Source: Candidatus Daviesbacteria bacterium (GTDB lineage: Bacteria > Patescibacteriota > Microgenomatia > Daviesbacterales > UBA10151). From it: a DNA stretch of 64,000 bases. Below the pieces are notes generated by a model, which was not told where the DNA came from, searched no databases, and worked only from the letters and a program-made list of their open reading frames with translations. The stretch's first letter is position 1. Every line of letters starts with the position of its first letter. The stretch is taken from NCBI GenBank assembly GCA_016186955.1, contig JACPKP010000007.1, positions 1,962-65,961 on the forward strand. Direction: 5' to 3'. The position numbers and the translations under genes are program-made. Shown here one piece after another: positions 22,175 through 29,978 of the stretch.

Positions 22175-22366
22175 ATGAAAGAATTGACAAGAGATTTAAG
22201 CACGAGACAGGAAGCTATCAAAAACAATTTGAGTGATTTCAAATCTGATTATATGAATTTGCCTTTAAAGTGGAGAGTGGTGGGCACTGTTGCCTTTTTT
22301 GGATCAGCAATTGCAGCTGGAACTGGATTAGGGATTGCAGTAAGTATAGCCAAGTTATATTTTTAG
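22175..22366 (+). CDS. small hypothetical membrane protein (C-terminal TM)
   Basis: The ATG at 22175 immediately follows the rpsG stop. C-terminal VVGTVAFFGSAIAAGTGLGIAVSIA is hydrophobic. Confidence 0.3.
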   Translation: MKELTRDLSTRQEAIKNNLSDFKSDYMNLPLKWRVVGTVAFFGSAIAAGTGLGIAVSIAKLYF

Positions 22367-22376
22367 TTTTTTTTCA

Positions 22377-22401
22377 AATCCCGCCCCCGGGTAATCCTAG
22401 G
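22377..22401. repeat. X-repeat copy 0 (AATCCCGCCCCCGGGTAATCCTAGG)
   Basis: Related copies at 23724-23749 and 24431-24456. Confidence 0.5.
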
Positions 22402-22525
22402 CGCAACTTATGAAAGAACACCTACCAGACTTTAATCCTAAAACTGCTGTTTACATTGAAACAGGAGGCGATAGTGAAGTTTATCAAGTTGGGTTGGTGA
22501 TCTGATAATGTGATAAAATCTGGGT

Positions 22526-23383
22526 ATGGGTCCTGATGAAGAGACTGTGGAACCAGGGTTAGAAACAGAGGAATTGGCCCAAAAGATAAACCCCTTTTGG
22601 GAACAGCCCTATCAGTTGGCAAGAGCAGTTGCCAGAAGATGGAGAAAACCCGAGGCGAAAACAGAGATAGAACCTACTATTGCGTCTACTCACCAGGAAG
22701 ATATCCTTTCAACTAGAGATAAAAAAAACAAGCGGGAATTAGGAGCAGATAGCGCTAATGTTGTACTATTTGTTGAGCTTGAAGATGATGGCTCAGCAAT
22801 ATACAAACCCGTAAGTGGAGAGCAGCCTTACTTAAGACATGGTATTGAAGCAGGGACTTATTATCAAAGAGAACGGGCAGCATACCTAGTAGATAGGTTT
22901 TTAGGTCTCGGTTTAGTTCCACCAACCGTAATACGTGAATTAGATGGTGAGATTGGGAGTTTGCAGCAGTTTATTCCAGAAACAACGGGCAGTTGGGGTG
23001 TGGATCTTTCTCAACTACAAGAAGATTTATATCAACTTTGGGTTTTTGATTATATTATTTGGAATACAGATAGACATTCAGGTAATTTACTTTTTCAGGG
23101 TAATAAGCTTTTCGCAATCGATCATGGTCTGTCTTTTGGGAGTGAGTGTCGTATGTTCATGAGGCATTTTTATGACATTGCCGCTCCCAAACAACTGGTT
23201 GGTCTGCTGGAGCAATTTTTAAAAGATGACAAAAGCAAAAAAATTCTACAAGAACTACTTGAGGAGTTGCTCAGTGAAGATGAGGTAAAGGCTTGTGTGA
23301 GAAGGATTGAACATATCGGTTCTAAATTAATCAAAAATGGTATGATCAAACTTAATGAAGATAGCATTTTCAATCCTGAATAA
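22526..23383 (+). CDS. PI3K/PI4K-like atypical kinase-fold protein
   Basis: Catalytic-loop-like IWNTDRHSGNLLF (DRHxxN) and IDHGLSFG (DFG-equivalent). Upstream AIYKP beta-strand lysine and a conserved Glu in QRERAAYLVDRF. Confidence 0.45.
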   Translation: MGPDEETVEPGLETEELAQKINPFWEQPYQLARAVARRWRKPEAKTEIEPTIASTHQEDILSTRDKKNKRELGADSANVVLFVELEDDGSAIYKPVSGEQPYLRHGIEAGTYYQRERAAYLVDRFLGLGLVPPTVIRELDGEIGSLQQFIPETTGSWGVDLSQLQEDLYQLWVFDYIIWNTDRHSGNLLFQGNKLFAIDHGLSFGSECRMFMRHFYDIAAPKQLVGLLEQFLKDDKSKKILQELLEELLSEDEVKACVRRIEHIGSKLIKNGMIKLNEDSIFNPE

Positions 23384-23388
23384 CACAA

Positions 23389-23643
23389 ATGGCTTATGTA
23401 GAGATCTATAAATTAAATAATGATGGTTCGCAAAAGATTTTGGCTGTTTGCAGGCAGCTTGGGGAAGAGGTGGTTTGTGAAGGAGAGGAAAAGTTCATTG
23501 AATATTTAAATAAAGAGGGGATTAATGATTACAATTCCCCATCCCCGAAAAAATTATTCCCAAAAGACGGTAGGTTGTTTCTTGAACAATTAAAGTACAA
23601 TTTCAAATCAGGATACCTAAATGCCACTGATTTAAAAGAATGA
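23389..23643 (+). CDS. hypothetical protein
   Basis: ORF only; 84 aa; no recognisable motif. Confidence 0.3.
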   Translation: MAYVEIYKLNNDGSQKILAVCRQLGEEVVCEGEEKFIEYLNKEGINDYNSPSPKKLFPKDGRLFLEQLKYNFKSGYLNATDLKE

Positions 23644-23652
23644 ACCGCGTTA

Positions 23653-23719
23653 GGCACAAAAGGCGTCCCCTTTTGAGGCTAAATTAATTTATACCCCCTT
23701 GTTTTAACTGTAACTATTT
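23653..23719. repeat. Y-repeat copy 1: 67-nt exact duplicate of the 3' end of the regulator gene (24481..25785)
   Basis: Identical to 24457-24523. Its reverse complement encodes EIVTVKTRGYKLI*. Confidence 0.7.
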
Positions 23720-23723
23720 TTAA

Positions 23724-23749
23724 AATCCCACCCCCTGGGTGGTCCTGAG
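23724..23749. repeat. X-repeat copy 1 (variant, CCCACC-CCCT-GGGTGG hairpin)
   Basis: AAAATCCCACCCCCTGGGTGGTCCTGAG. Confidence 0.5.
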
Positions 23750-24449
23750 TATAGGTTTCCTTTCATCGAAAAGTTGCGGGCACAACAATTATAAGATATC
23801 ATTCTTGTTTATGGAGAGAATCAGTGTGCAGGAAGCAGGGTTAGAAGGTTTACCCAGGATTAGGGGACATCATCTAAATAAACTGAAAGAGCTCTATGTT
23901 TTTATGAATACTAAAAGGGAATCTTTATCCGAATCAGGATATCAAGGTTCTTTGTCAGGAGAAATGGAAGCTTTAATCAAATTTTTTATTCAGGAACATA
24001 GCAGCGATTTGTTGACATTTGTAGATCCTGCAACCCGTACTTTTGGTTTATCTCAAGAGTGGATGATGAGTTATATAAACGATACAATTGGAGGTATTGA
24101 AGCCGAGAAAGTTAAAATATACAATCAAAAAACATATGAAGCGATTGTAAAATATATTTCATATCCGGCAAGCCAACAAGTTCTATTGACAGTTACCCCG
24201 GATTTTATTTGCAGATTATGTTTAGTGGGAACACATTGTTTAAAAAGCTCAAAATTGATGCCACTTGATTATAGAGAAATCAGAGAATTTTCAAAGTTCC
24301 AAATAAACAGGAGAAGGGATATGCAAATTTATACGGAGGAATTTAAATTTAGCGATCGCCTGAAGCCATTAATCACTAAAGTAGTGTTAACCACCTTTGG
24401 AGATATTAGGTTTTACTTATCTTTTGGTGGAATCCCACCCCCGGGTTAG
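23739..24449 (+). CDS. hypothetical protein on a repeat-flanked cassette
   Basis: ORF bracketed by X/Y repeats. The true start may be MERISVQ at 23811. No recognisable domain. Confidence 0.4.
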   Translation: MVLSIGFLSSKSCGHNNYKISFLFMERISVQEAGLEGLPRIRGHHLNKLKELYVFMNTKRESLSESGYQGSLSGEMEALIKFFIQEHSSDLLTFVDPATRTFGLSQEWMMSYINDTIGGIEAEKVKIYNQKTYEAIVKYISYPASQQVLLTVTPDFICRLCLVGTHCLKSSKLMPLDYREIREFSKFQINRRRDMQIYTEEFKFSDRLKPLITKVVLTTFGDIRFYLSFGGIPPPG

Positions 24450-24523
24450 TCCTAGGCACAAAAGGCGTCCCCTTTTGAGGCTAAATTAATTTATACCCCC
24501 TTGTTTTAACTGTAACTATTTCA
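24431..24523. repeat. X-repeat copy 2 plus Y-repeat copy 2 (native 3' end of the regulator gene)
   Basis: AATCCCACCCCCGGGTTAGTCCTAGG followed by the 67-nt Y sequence. Confidence 0.7.
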
Positions 24524-25785
24524 TAAGAGCTGTTTTGTTGCTTCAGCTTACTCCGGACTCTTGCTACCAGCCTGTCTATTGCCCAATCGGAGACTCCCAA
24601 TTCCTCTTCTTCAGGCCAGACTGCTTCAATTATGGCTTCCCGCTCACATATCTGGTTTAAGTTATTTTGTAGACAAGTAAACAACAGATGTTCTTTTTTA
24701 CTGAGTTCCAACGGTGGCATTTCCAGCGGTTTGGCCCCATTTGTCTGTCTTGATTTGATGAAATTTTCAAAGATCGGGCTAAAAATCCGGGTTTTACCTT
24801 TTTCAGTAGCAACCAGGCCGGTATCCCAAAGGTATTTACTTGAAAGTTGCCCATCTTTTGAAATTTTTTCTTTGGAGACAATCTGAATCAGTGTATCTTG
24901 CTCTGTTTCATTTAAACTGTCCCAGAGTTCTTCGGATTGTAAAGCTATCCTTTCATCCTCTATCAAGGCCGGAAAAAGTTCAAAATTTTTGTTTAAAATT
25001 TTGATTTTTTCTGAGAGAGTAATCAAGGCGAGCAGCAGGTATTGGATATATCCGCCGGAAAACGCAAATAACTCTTCCTTAAATTTTTTGGGAAGGTGCA
25101 AGTTATACTTTCTGGTGTTAACTTTATAGATAGTTTCCAGATCTTTGGGCTCTGCTGTTTTAACATACATCTGGTATACGATTAGGGCGGGAGAGGCTTG
25201 GCTGAATGCCTTGGGTGCAAGCTGGTCTAAACTCCTAAAACTTGTCAAAACATAAGTTAACTGGTGGTTGGTTGCATCATACAGGCTTTCAAGGTTGGCA
25301 AAAAGCTCAGGCGTGACAGCATCTTTAATACGGTCAAAATGGATTAAAAACATTGTCGGGATAAAGCCTGCCTGTGTGATTTTTATCAAGCTTAACCTGA
25401 CACAATCAAATAATAAAAACAGGTCTTTTGATTGAATTGAATCCAAAAAAAGGTTCTCGACATATTTTTTAATTTTAGGTTCCAAATTTAAGCGCTCGCA
25501 GTTATCAACAATCCTTTTTAAAGTTAACATCCAAAATGGGAAAACCTCCCTTTCTACCAAATCATTTAGATCCACATGGATAAATAAATGTTTTTTTCTA
25601 TTTGGAATGTGTTTGTCTATCACCTTTTTATGGCTTAAGAAAAACCTTAAGAAATTGCTGATGCCAACCCGGCGCATACCGATCATAATGATTGTCTGGC
25701 GGTTTTTGAGATAATATCCTAAATTTTGGGAGATCTCTTTCCTGAAGGTTTTTGGGTAATACGATTCCAGGACCGTGTTTACCAT
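24481..25785 (-). CDS. transcriptional regulator: degenerate AAA/STAND-like NTPase domain fused to C-terminal OmpR/PhoB-type winged helix
   Basis: N-terminal IIMIGMRRVGISNFL resembles a Walker A with Lys replaced by Ile. Walker B-like LFIHVDLND. The C-terminus EAVWPEEE...IDRLVARVRSKL...IVTVKTRGYKLI is trans_reg_C-like. Confidence 0.6.
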   Translation of the reverse strand: MVNTVLESYYPKTFRKEISQNLGYYLKNRQTIIMIGMRRVGISNFLRFFLSHKKVIDKHIPNRKKHLFIHVDLNDLVEREVFPFWMLTLKRIVDNCERLNLEPKIKKYVENLFLDSIQSKDLFLLFDCVRLSLIKITQAGFIPTMFLIHFDRIKDAVTPELFANLESLYDATNHQLTYVLTSFRSLDQLAPKAFSQASPALIVYQMYVKTAEPKDLETIYKVNTRKYNLHLPKKFKEELFAFSGGYIQYLLLALITLSEKIKILNKNFELFPALIEDERIALQSEELWDSLNETEQDTLIQIVSKEKISKDGQLSSKYLWDTGLVATEKGKTRIFSPIFENFIKSRQTNGAKPLEMPPLELSKKEHLLFTCLQNNLNQICEREAIIEAVWPEEEELGVSDWAIDRLVARVRSKLKQQNSSYEIVTVKTRGYKLI

Positions 25786-25805
25786 GCAGGTTAATTTTAG
25801 AAGGA

Positions 25806-25862
25806 TTTGGTCAAATTAGCAAATAAATCAGGATTTTGTCAGAATGTGGTCAAAATAGCGTC
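25806..25862. promoter_or_regulatory. direct repeats GGTCAAAWTAGC(N) in the regulator gene's upstream region (possible wHTH operator)
   Basis: GGTCAAATTAGC (25808) and GGTCAAAATAGCG (25848), with a TTGTCAGAATG between them. Confidence 0.25.
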
Positions 25863-25898
25863 AAGCATATATTTTATCCTTGGCAATAAAATATATCA

Positions 25899-26177
25899 GT
25901 GACAGAAAAAGAATGGACGGATTACGGTTATGGTATCTCTCCGCTTTATGCTGCAGAAAACCCGGTGACTTATTTGCCTATTGCCCAGTTTTCTGCTCCT
26001 CTTGAATGTCCGCAGGGAATAATTGTAAAAGAAGCCCAACCGGAACAAAAAATTCAACCCAGACAAATTATTGTCGCACAGCCAAAAGTAGAGTACAGCA
26101 GCTATAAACGGCTACCCTTTTGGCGCAATTTAATAATAATTCTGCAAAAATGGGCGCCCCGTATAGGTTCCATTTGA
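25899..26177 (+). CDS. hypothetical protein
   Basis: ORF only; Gln/Pro-rich. Confidence 0.25.
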   Translation: MTEKEWTDYGYGISPLYAAENPVTYLPIAQFSAPLECPQGIIVKEAQPEQKIQPRQIIVAQPKVEYSSYKRLPFWRNLIIILQKWAPRIGSI

Positions 26178-26237
26178 CTTTTAAGTTCCAAGAGGTTAAT
26201 ATGTTATTCTGTCAAACGAAAAACCACGGAAGTTAAT

Positions 26238-26368
26238 CGTGGATGAAGTTTGCTTCGCCGACAGGCGAATCTCGCCGAAGGCGAGCAGGAAGAGAAACTA
26301 CGGGCGAAGCGAAGCGGAGTCCGTAGAGGCTCATTCTAAAGCACCCCTCTTCAGGGGGCTATTTTTTG
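26238..26368 (+). ncRNA. structured leader/possible small RNA: nested GC stems ending in an intrinsic-terminator-like hairpin plus T6
   Basis: GCTTCGCC...GGCGAAGC long-range pairing, CTCGCC-GAA-GGCGAG and CTACGG...CCGTAG stems, then CCCCTCTTCAGGGGG followed by TTTTTT (26343-26368). Confidence 0.3.
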
Positions 26369-26379
26369 AAATCACACCT

Positions 26380-26628
26380 ATGGATCAGTTAAAAAAACAA
26401 AAGCTTGAAATGTGGCAAAAAAAACTTGAAGGGCTTCAAAAAGAGTTCAAGGAGATTATGGTGCGCAAAGGGGAAGCTGCAGCTGACGGTGACCTTTCAG
26501 AAAATGCAGCATACAAACAGGCTGTGGAGGAGGCTGATATTTGCCTGGTCAGGATCAGTGAAATTAAAAAAATTATAGCTAATTTGGAAGGACCCGCCTC
26601 CGCCAAGGCTCCGGCGGGCAAGGGATAA
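26380..26628 (+). CDS. stand-alone GreA/GreB N-terminal coiled-coil domain protein
   Basis: GDLSENAAYKQA signature of the Gre-factor N-terminal domain, with two Asp/Glu near the coiled-coil tip. No FKBP-like C-domain; 82 aa. Confidence 0.55.
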   Translation: MDQLKKQKLEMWQKKLEGLQKEFKEIMVRKGEAAADGDLSENAAYKQAVEEADICLVRISEIKKIIANLEGPASAKAPAGKG

Positions 26629-26632
26629 TAGA

Positions 26633-28801
26633 ATGGCTGTTACAAAGACTAAGAGAGATTACCCCCTTGATAGGATACGTAACATAGGCATCATTGCCCA
26701 TATTGATGCCGGGAAGACCACCACAACAGAGCGGATCTTATTTTATACCGGTAAAACTTATAAAATAGGTAATATTGATGAAGGCACTACCACAACTGAT
26801 TGGATGGAACAGGAAAAGGAACGTGGTATTACAATAGTTTCTGCTGCTATAACCGCTTCCTGGACTGCCAAGTCAGGACCTTTTCAAGACCAGGAGATGA
26901 GGATTAATTTAATTGATACCCCCGGGCATGTGGATTTTACAGTGGAGGTAGAGCGGTCCTTGCGGGTTTTGGACGGAGGGGTGATTGTTTTGGATGCAGC
27001 CTCTGGTGTGCAGTCCCAGACCGAGACTGTCTGGAGGCAGGCCAATAAATACCATGTTCCTCTGATTGCATTTGCCAACAAGATGGATGTGGTTGGGGCT
27101 GATTTTTTGGGCACAATCCAGTCAGCCAGAGATAGATTAGGGGCAAACGCTATCGCCTATAACCTGCCGATTGGTGCGGAAACCAGTTTTAAAGGGGTTG
27201 TGGATTTGTTGGGTAATGATGAGAAGGGTGCTTTCGCGATTGTTTGGGAGCAAAGTGGTTCTGATTTTGATCCCAGTGGTTCAAAATTTAACATAACAGA
27301 TATTCCAGAAGATATGAAAATTGCAGTTGAGGAGCACAGAAATAAATTGATTGAAGAGATTTGTGCTACGGATGAAGTTTTATTGGAACAGTTTCTTAAT
27401 GGTAAGAAGATTGCTGTTAATGATTTGAAGTTAGCTTTGAGAAAAGCAGTAATTGCTGAAAAAATTGTCCCGGTTATGGCAGGTTCTTCACTTCGCAATA
27501 AAGGGGTGCAACCAATGCTTGATAATGTGGTTAATTTTTTGCCTTCCCCCCAGGATTTGCCTGAGATTAAAGGGCTTGACCCTAAAACCCAAGAGGAAAA
27601 GATTTTTCAGAATGTAAAAGATGCCCCTTTGGGCGCTTTGGCTTTTAAAATCCAGGTTGACCCTCATGTTGGGAGGCTCACTTATGTTAGGGTTTATTCT
27701 GGGATTTTAAAATCAGGTTCATATCTTTACAACTCAACAAAAGATGTAAAAGAGCGGGTAGGGAGGGTGCTTTTAATGCACGCCAATGATAGGGAGGAGA
27801 TTGATGAAGCTTTTGCAGGGGAAATTATAGCAGTAGTGGGGTTGAAAGATACTGTGACTGGAGATACGCTTTGTGATGATTCAAACCCGATTGTTTTGGA
27901 ATCCATTACTTTTGCAGAACCTGTGATCTCTCTTGCTATTGAACCCAAAACTAAATCAGACCAGGAAAAACTGGCTTATTCTTTGCAAAGACTGGGGGAA
28001 GAAGACCCAACATTTCGGGTAAAATCTAACCCTGAGACAGGACAGACTATTATCTCCGGTATGGGAGAGCTCCATCTGGAGATTATTGTGGACAGGATGA
28101 AAAGGGAGTTTAAGGTGGAGGCGAATATTGGAGAGCCTCAGGTTGCATACCGGGAAACTATCCAAAAAGAAGCAAGGGGTGAGGGTAAGTACATCAGGCA
28201 GACTGGTGGCAGAGGCCAATACGGACATTGCTTGCTTAGGATTGAACCTCTTCCCAGGGGCCAGGGACGGGAATTTGTCTCAGAAGTTGTGGGTGGGGCA
28301 ATACCAAGGGAGTTTATTCCGGCTATCGAAAAAGGGGTTATTGAAAAAGAAGACACCGGAATGTTGGCCGGTTTTCCGGTAACGGATATCAAAGTTGCGG
28401 TTTATGACGGGTCATATCATGATGTTGATTCATCTGAGATTGCATTTAAAATTGCCGGATCCTTAGGGCTTTCCGAGGCTGCCAAAGAGGCGGATATGAT
28501 ACTTTTGGAGCCTATTATGAAGGTGGAAGTGACAACGCCTGAGGAATTTATGGGAGATCTGATTGGGGATTTATCTTCAAAACGGGCACAGATCCTGGGT
28601 ACTGAGAAAAGGCATAATTCAAGCGTGATTAATGCTTTGGTGCCTCTTGCAGAACTTGGAGGTTATATAACTGCCATAAGGTCAATGTCACAAGGTCGTG
28701 CTTCAGCCTACATTGAGCCCTCCCATTATGAGAGTGTGCCAAGTAACATTACCCAAAAAATTGTTGCATCTTCAGGGTTCACTGGCAGAGTTGAGCATTA
28801 A
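26633..28801 (+). CDS. fusA: elongation factor G
   Basis: AHIDAGKTTTTERIL, DTPGHVDF, NKMD; full length. Confidence 0.95.
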   Translation: MAVTKTKRDYPLDRIRNIGIIAHIDAGKTTTTERILFYTGKTYKIGNIDEGTTTTDWMEQEKERGITIVSAAITASWTAKSGPFQDQEMRINLIDTPGHVDFTVEVERSLRVLDGGVIVLDAASGVQSQTETVWRQANKYHVPLIAFANKMDVVGADFLGTIQSARDRLGANAIAYNLPIGAETSFKGVVDLLGNDEKGAFAIVWEQSGSDFDPSGSKFNITDIPEDMKIAVEEHRNKLIEEICATDEVLLEQFLNGKKIAVNDLKLALRKAVIAEKIVPVMAGSSLRNKGVQPMLDNVVNFLPSPQDLPEIKGLDPKTQEEKIFQNVKDAPLGALAFKIQVDPHVGRLTYVRVYSGILKSGSYLYNSTKDVKERVGRVLLMHANDREEIDEAFAGEIIAVVGLKDTVTGDTLCDDSNPIVLESITFAEPVISLAIEPKTKSDQEKLAYSLQRLGEEDPTFRVKSNPETGQTIISGMGELHLEIIVDRMKREFKVEANIGEPQVAYRETIQKEARGEGKYIRQTGGRGQYGHCLLRIEPLPRGQGREFVSEVVGGAIPREFIPAIEKGVIEKEDTGMLAGFPVTDIKVAVYDGSYHDVDSSEIAFKIAGSLGLSEAAKEADMILLEPIMKVEVTTPEEFMGDLIGDLSSKRAQILGTEKRHNSSVINALVPLAELGGYITAIRSMSQGRASAYIEPSHYESVPSNITQKIVASSGFTGRVEH

Positions 28802-28900
28802 ATTTGCATTTTTTTGTAAGTTGTATTAGTATATATATACTTAAATCTCCCGCAAGGACCAAAAGTCATTTGCGGGATTTTTTGTGCTATACTCATTTGC

Positions 28901-29455
28901 ATGAAACAAGCCCGCTGCGTGATTATTATTGATGGGAGTAACTTCTACTTCAAGTTAAAAGATTTGGATTTACATTATGAACTGCAATTTGATTTCTCTG
29001 GTTTTGCTAAATTGCTGGCTGGTAAGAATAAAATTGCGAGGTGTGTGTACTATGTGGGTGCGGTAAGAACAGATGGTACAAAACATACCCAAAAGTTGTT
29101 TAATAAGCAGCAGAAACTTTTTGCAAATCTCAAGAAACATAATTTTCAATATTCGCTTGGATATTTGTTGAAATCTGGCGGAAAAATGCATGAAAAAGGA
29201 GTAGATGTTAATATGGCTGTTGATATAGTTAAAGGTGCGCTAAAAGATGAGTTTGAACATTTTATTATAGTCAGCTCGGACACGGATTTGTTACCAGCTA
29301 TATTAGTAGTCAAAGAAGCGGGCAAAACTATTGAATATATAGGATTTTCTCATCAAGCAAGTTTGGCGATGGTAGCTAATTGTTCCGAATCCAGGTTATT
29401 GAAAAAAGAGGATTTACTACCTTTTGTAAGTCGCAAAATATCACCCAAAAAATAG
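28901..29455 (+). CDS. NYN-domain (LabA/PIN-like) nuclease-fold protein
   Basis: IIIDGSNF and FIIVSSDTDL motifs typical of the NYN/DUF88 PIN-like fold. Confidence 0.65.
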   Translation: MKQARCVIIIDGSNFYFKLKDLDLHYELQFDFSGFAKLLAGKNKIARCVYYVGAVRTDGTKHTQKLFNKQQKLFANLKKHNFQYSLGYLLKSGGKMHEKGVDVNMAVDIVKGALKDEFEHFIIVSSDTDLLPAILVVKEAGKTIEYIGFSHQASLAMVANCSESRLLKKEDLLPFVSRKISPKK

Positions 29456-29494
29456 TGGCATCCTCCGGGTTTACAGGCAGAGTAGAGCATTAAT
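29444..29494 (+). repeat. 51-nt synonymous-codon duplicate of the fusA 3' terminus (encodes TQKIVASSGFTGRVEH*)
   Basis: 9 of 51 nt differ from 28751-28801, all at synonymous third positions; out of frame with the NYN gene. Confidence 0.8.
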
Positions 29495-29877
29495 TATTTG
29501 AAATATTGCCTTTTACGATAAATTGCCCAGAACCAGAGTGTGCTTACGATGATAAGACTTAACCAAGCAGGTATATAAGAATAGGGCCAATATGCACCTG
29601 AAGAATTTTTGAAAAAAATAACCAAATAATCAAGAAATGATATTATCCAGCTAATTATTGATAAATAAATCCCCCACTTTTGAAATTTCCAAAGTCCGTA
29701 TATTAAGACAATTGCCACTAAGTTTACTAAGATCCTGTAGGGAAAATACCAAATAGGGTTGAAATTTTCAAGGTTTATTTGGTTAAATTTGAAGAAAATT
29801 AAGTAAAGGGAATATAAAACGGATAAAGAAAAAATAAATAGAACAATTGTTAAAAATTTGCCTCGCTCTTTTTTCAT
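29494..29877 (-). CDS. integral membrane protein (4 predicted TM helices)
   Basis: Highly hydrophobic and Trp/Tyr-rich, with TM segments throughout. Confidence 0.5.
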   Translation of the reverse strand: MKKERGKFLTIVLFIFSLSVLYSLYLIFFKFNQINLENFNPIWYFPYRILVNLVAIVLIYGLWKFQKWGIYLSIISWIISFLDYLVIFFKNSSGAYWPYSYIPAWLSLIIVSTLWFWAIYRKRQYFK

Positions 29878-29978
29878 ATAAACTAATTATAATATTAAAT
29901 TACACTTTTTACAAAGATTGTTTAAGAAAACGTTTTTCTTAAACATTACCCCTCTGATGTGGCAGGACAATTTTAATA

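Noticed and set aside
23648-23654. GTTAGGC next to the Y repeat matches the integron core-site consensus GTTRRRY, suggesting an integron cassette
   Set aside because: A single 7-mer match is expected by chance. No intI integrase, attI or Pc is visible. The repeats are better explained as duplicated gene termini.
24431-24456. The X repeat (GGTGGAATCCCACCCCCGGG) was considered as a tRNA 3' fragment (T-arm) marking an integration site
   Set aside because: The putative T-loop would be only 4 nt. There is no acceptor-stem complement and no upstream D or anticodon arms, so it is not tRNA-like.
26239-26379. The N-terminal part of ORF-track protein 26239..26628 (MDEVCFADRRISPKASRKRNYGRSEAESVEAHSKAPLFRGLFFEITP)
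   Set aside because: This stretch is encoded by nested GC-rich inverted repeats and contains an intrinsic-terminator-like hairpin plus a T-tract. It is more plausibly a structured RNA or leader. The conserved Gre domain starts at the internal Met at 26380.
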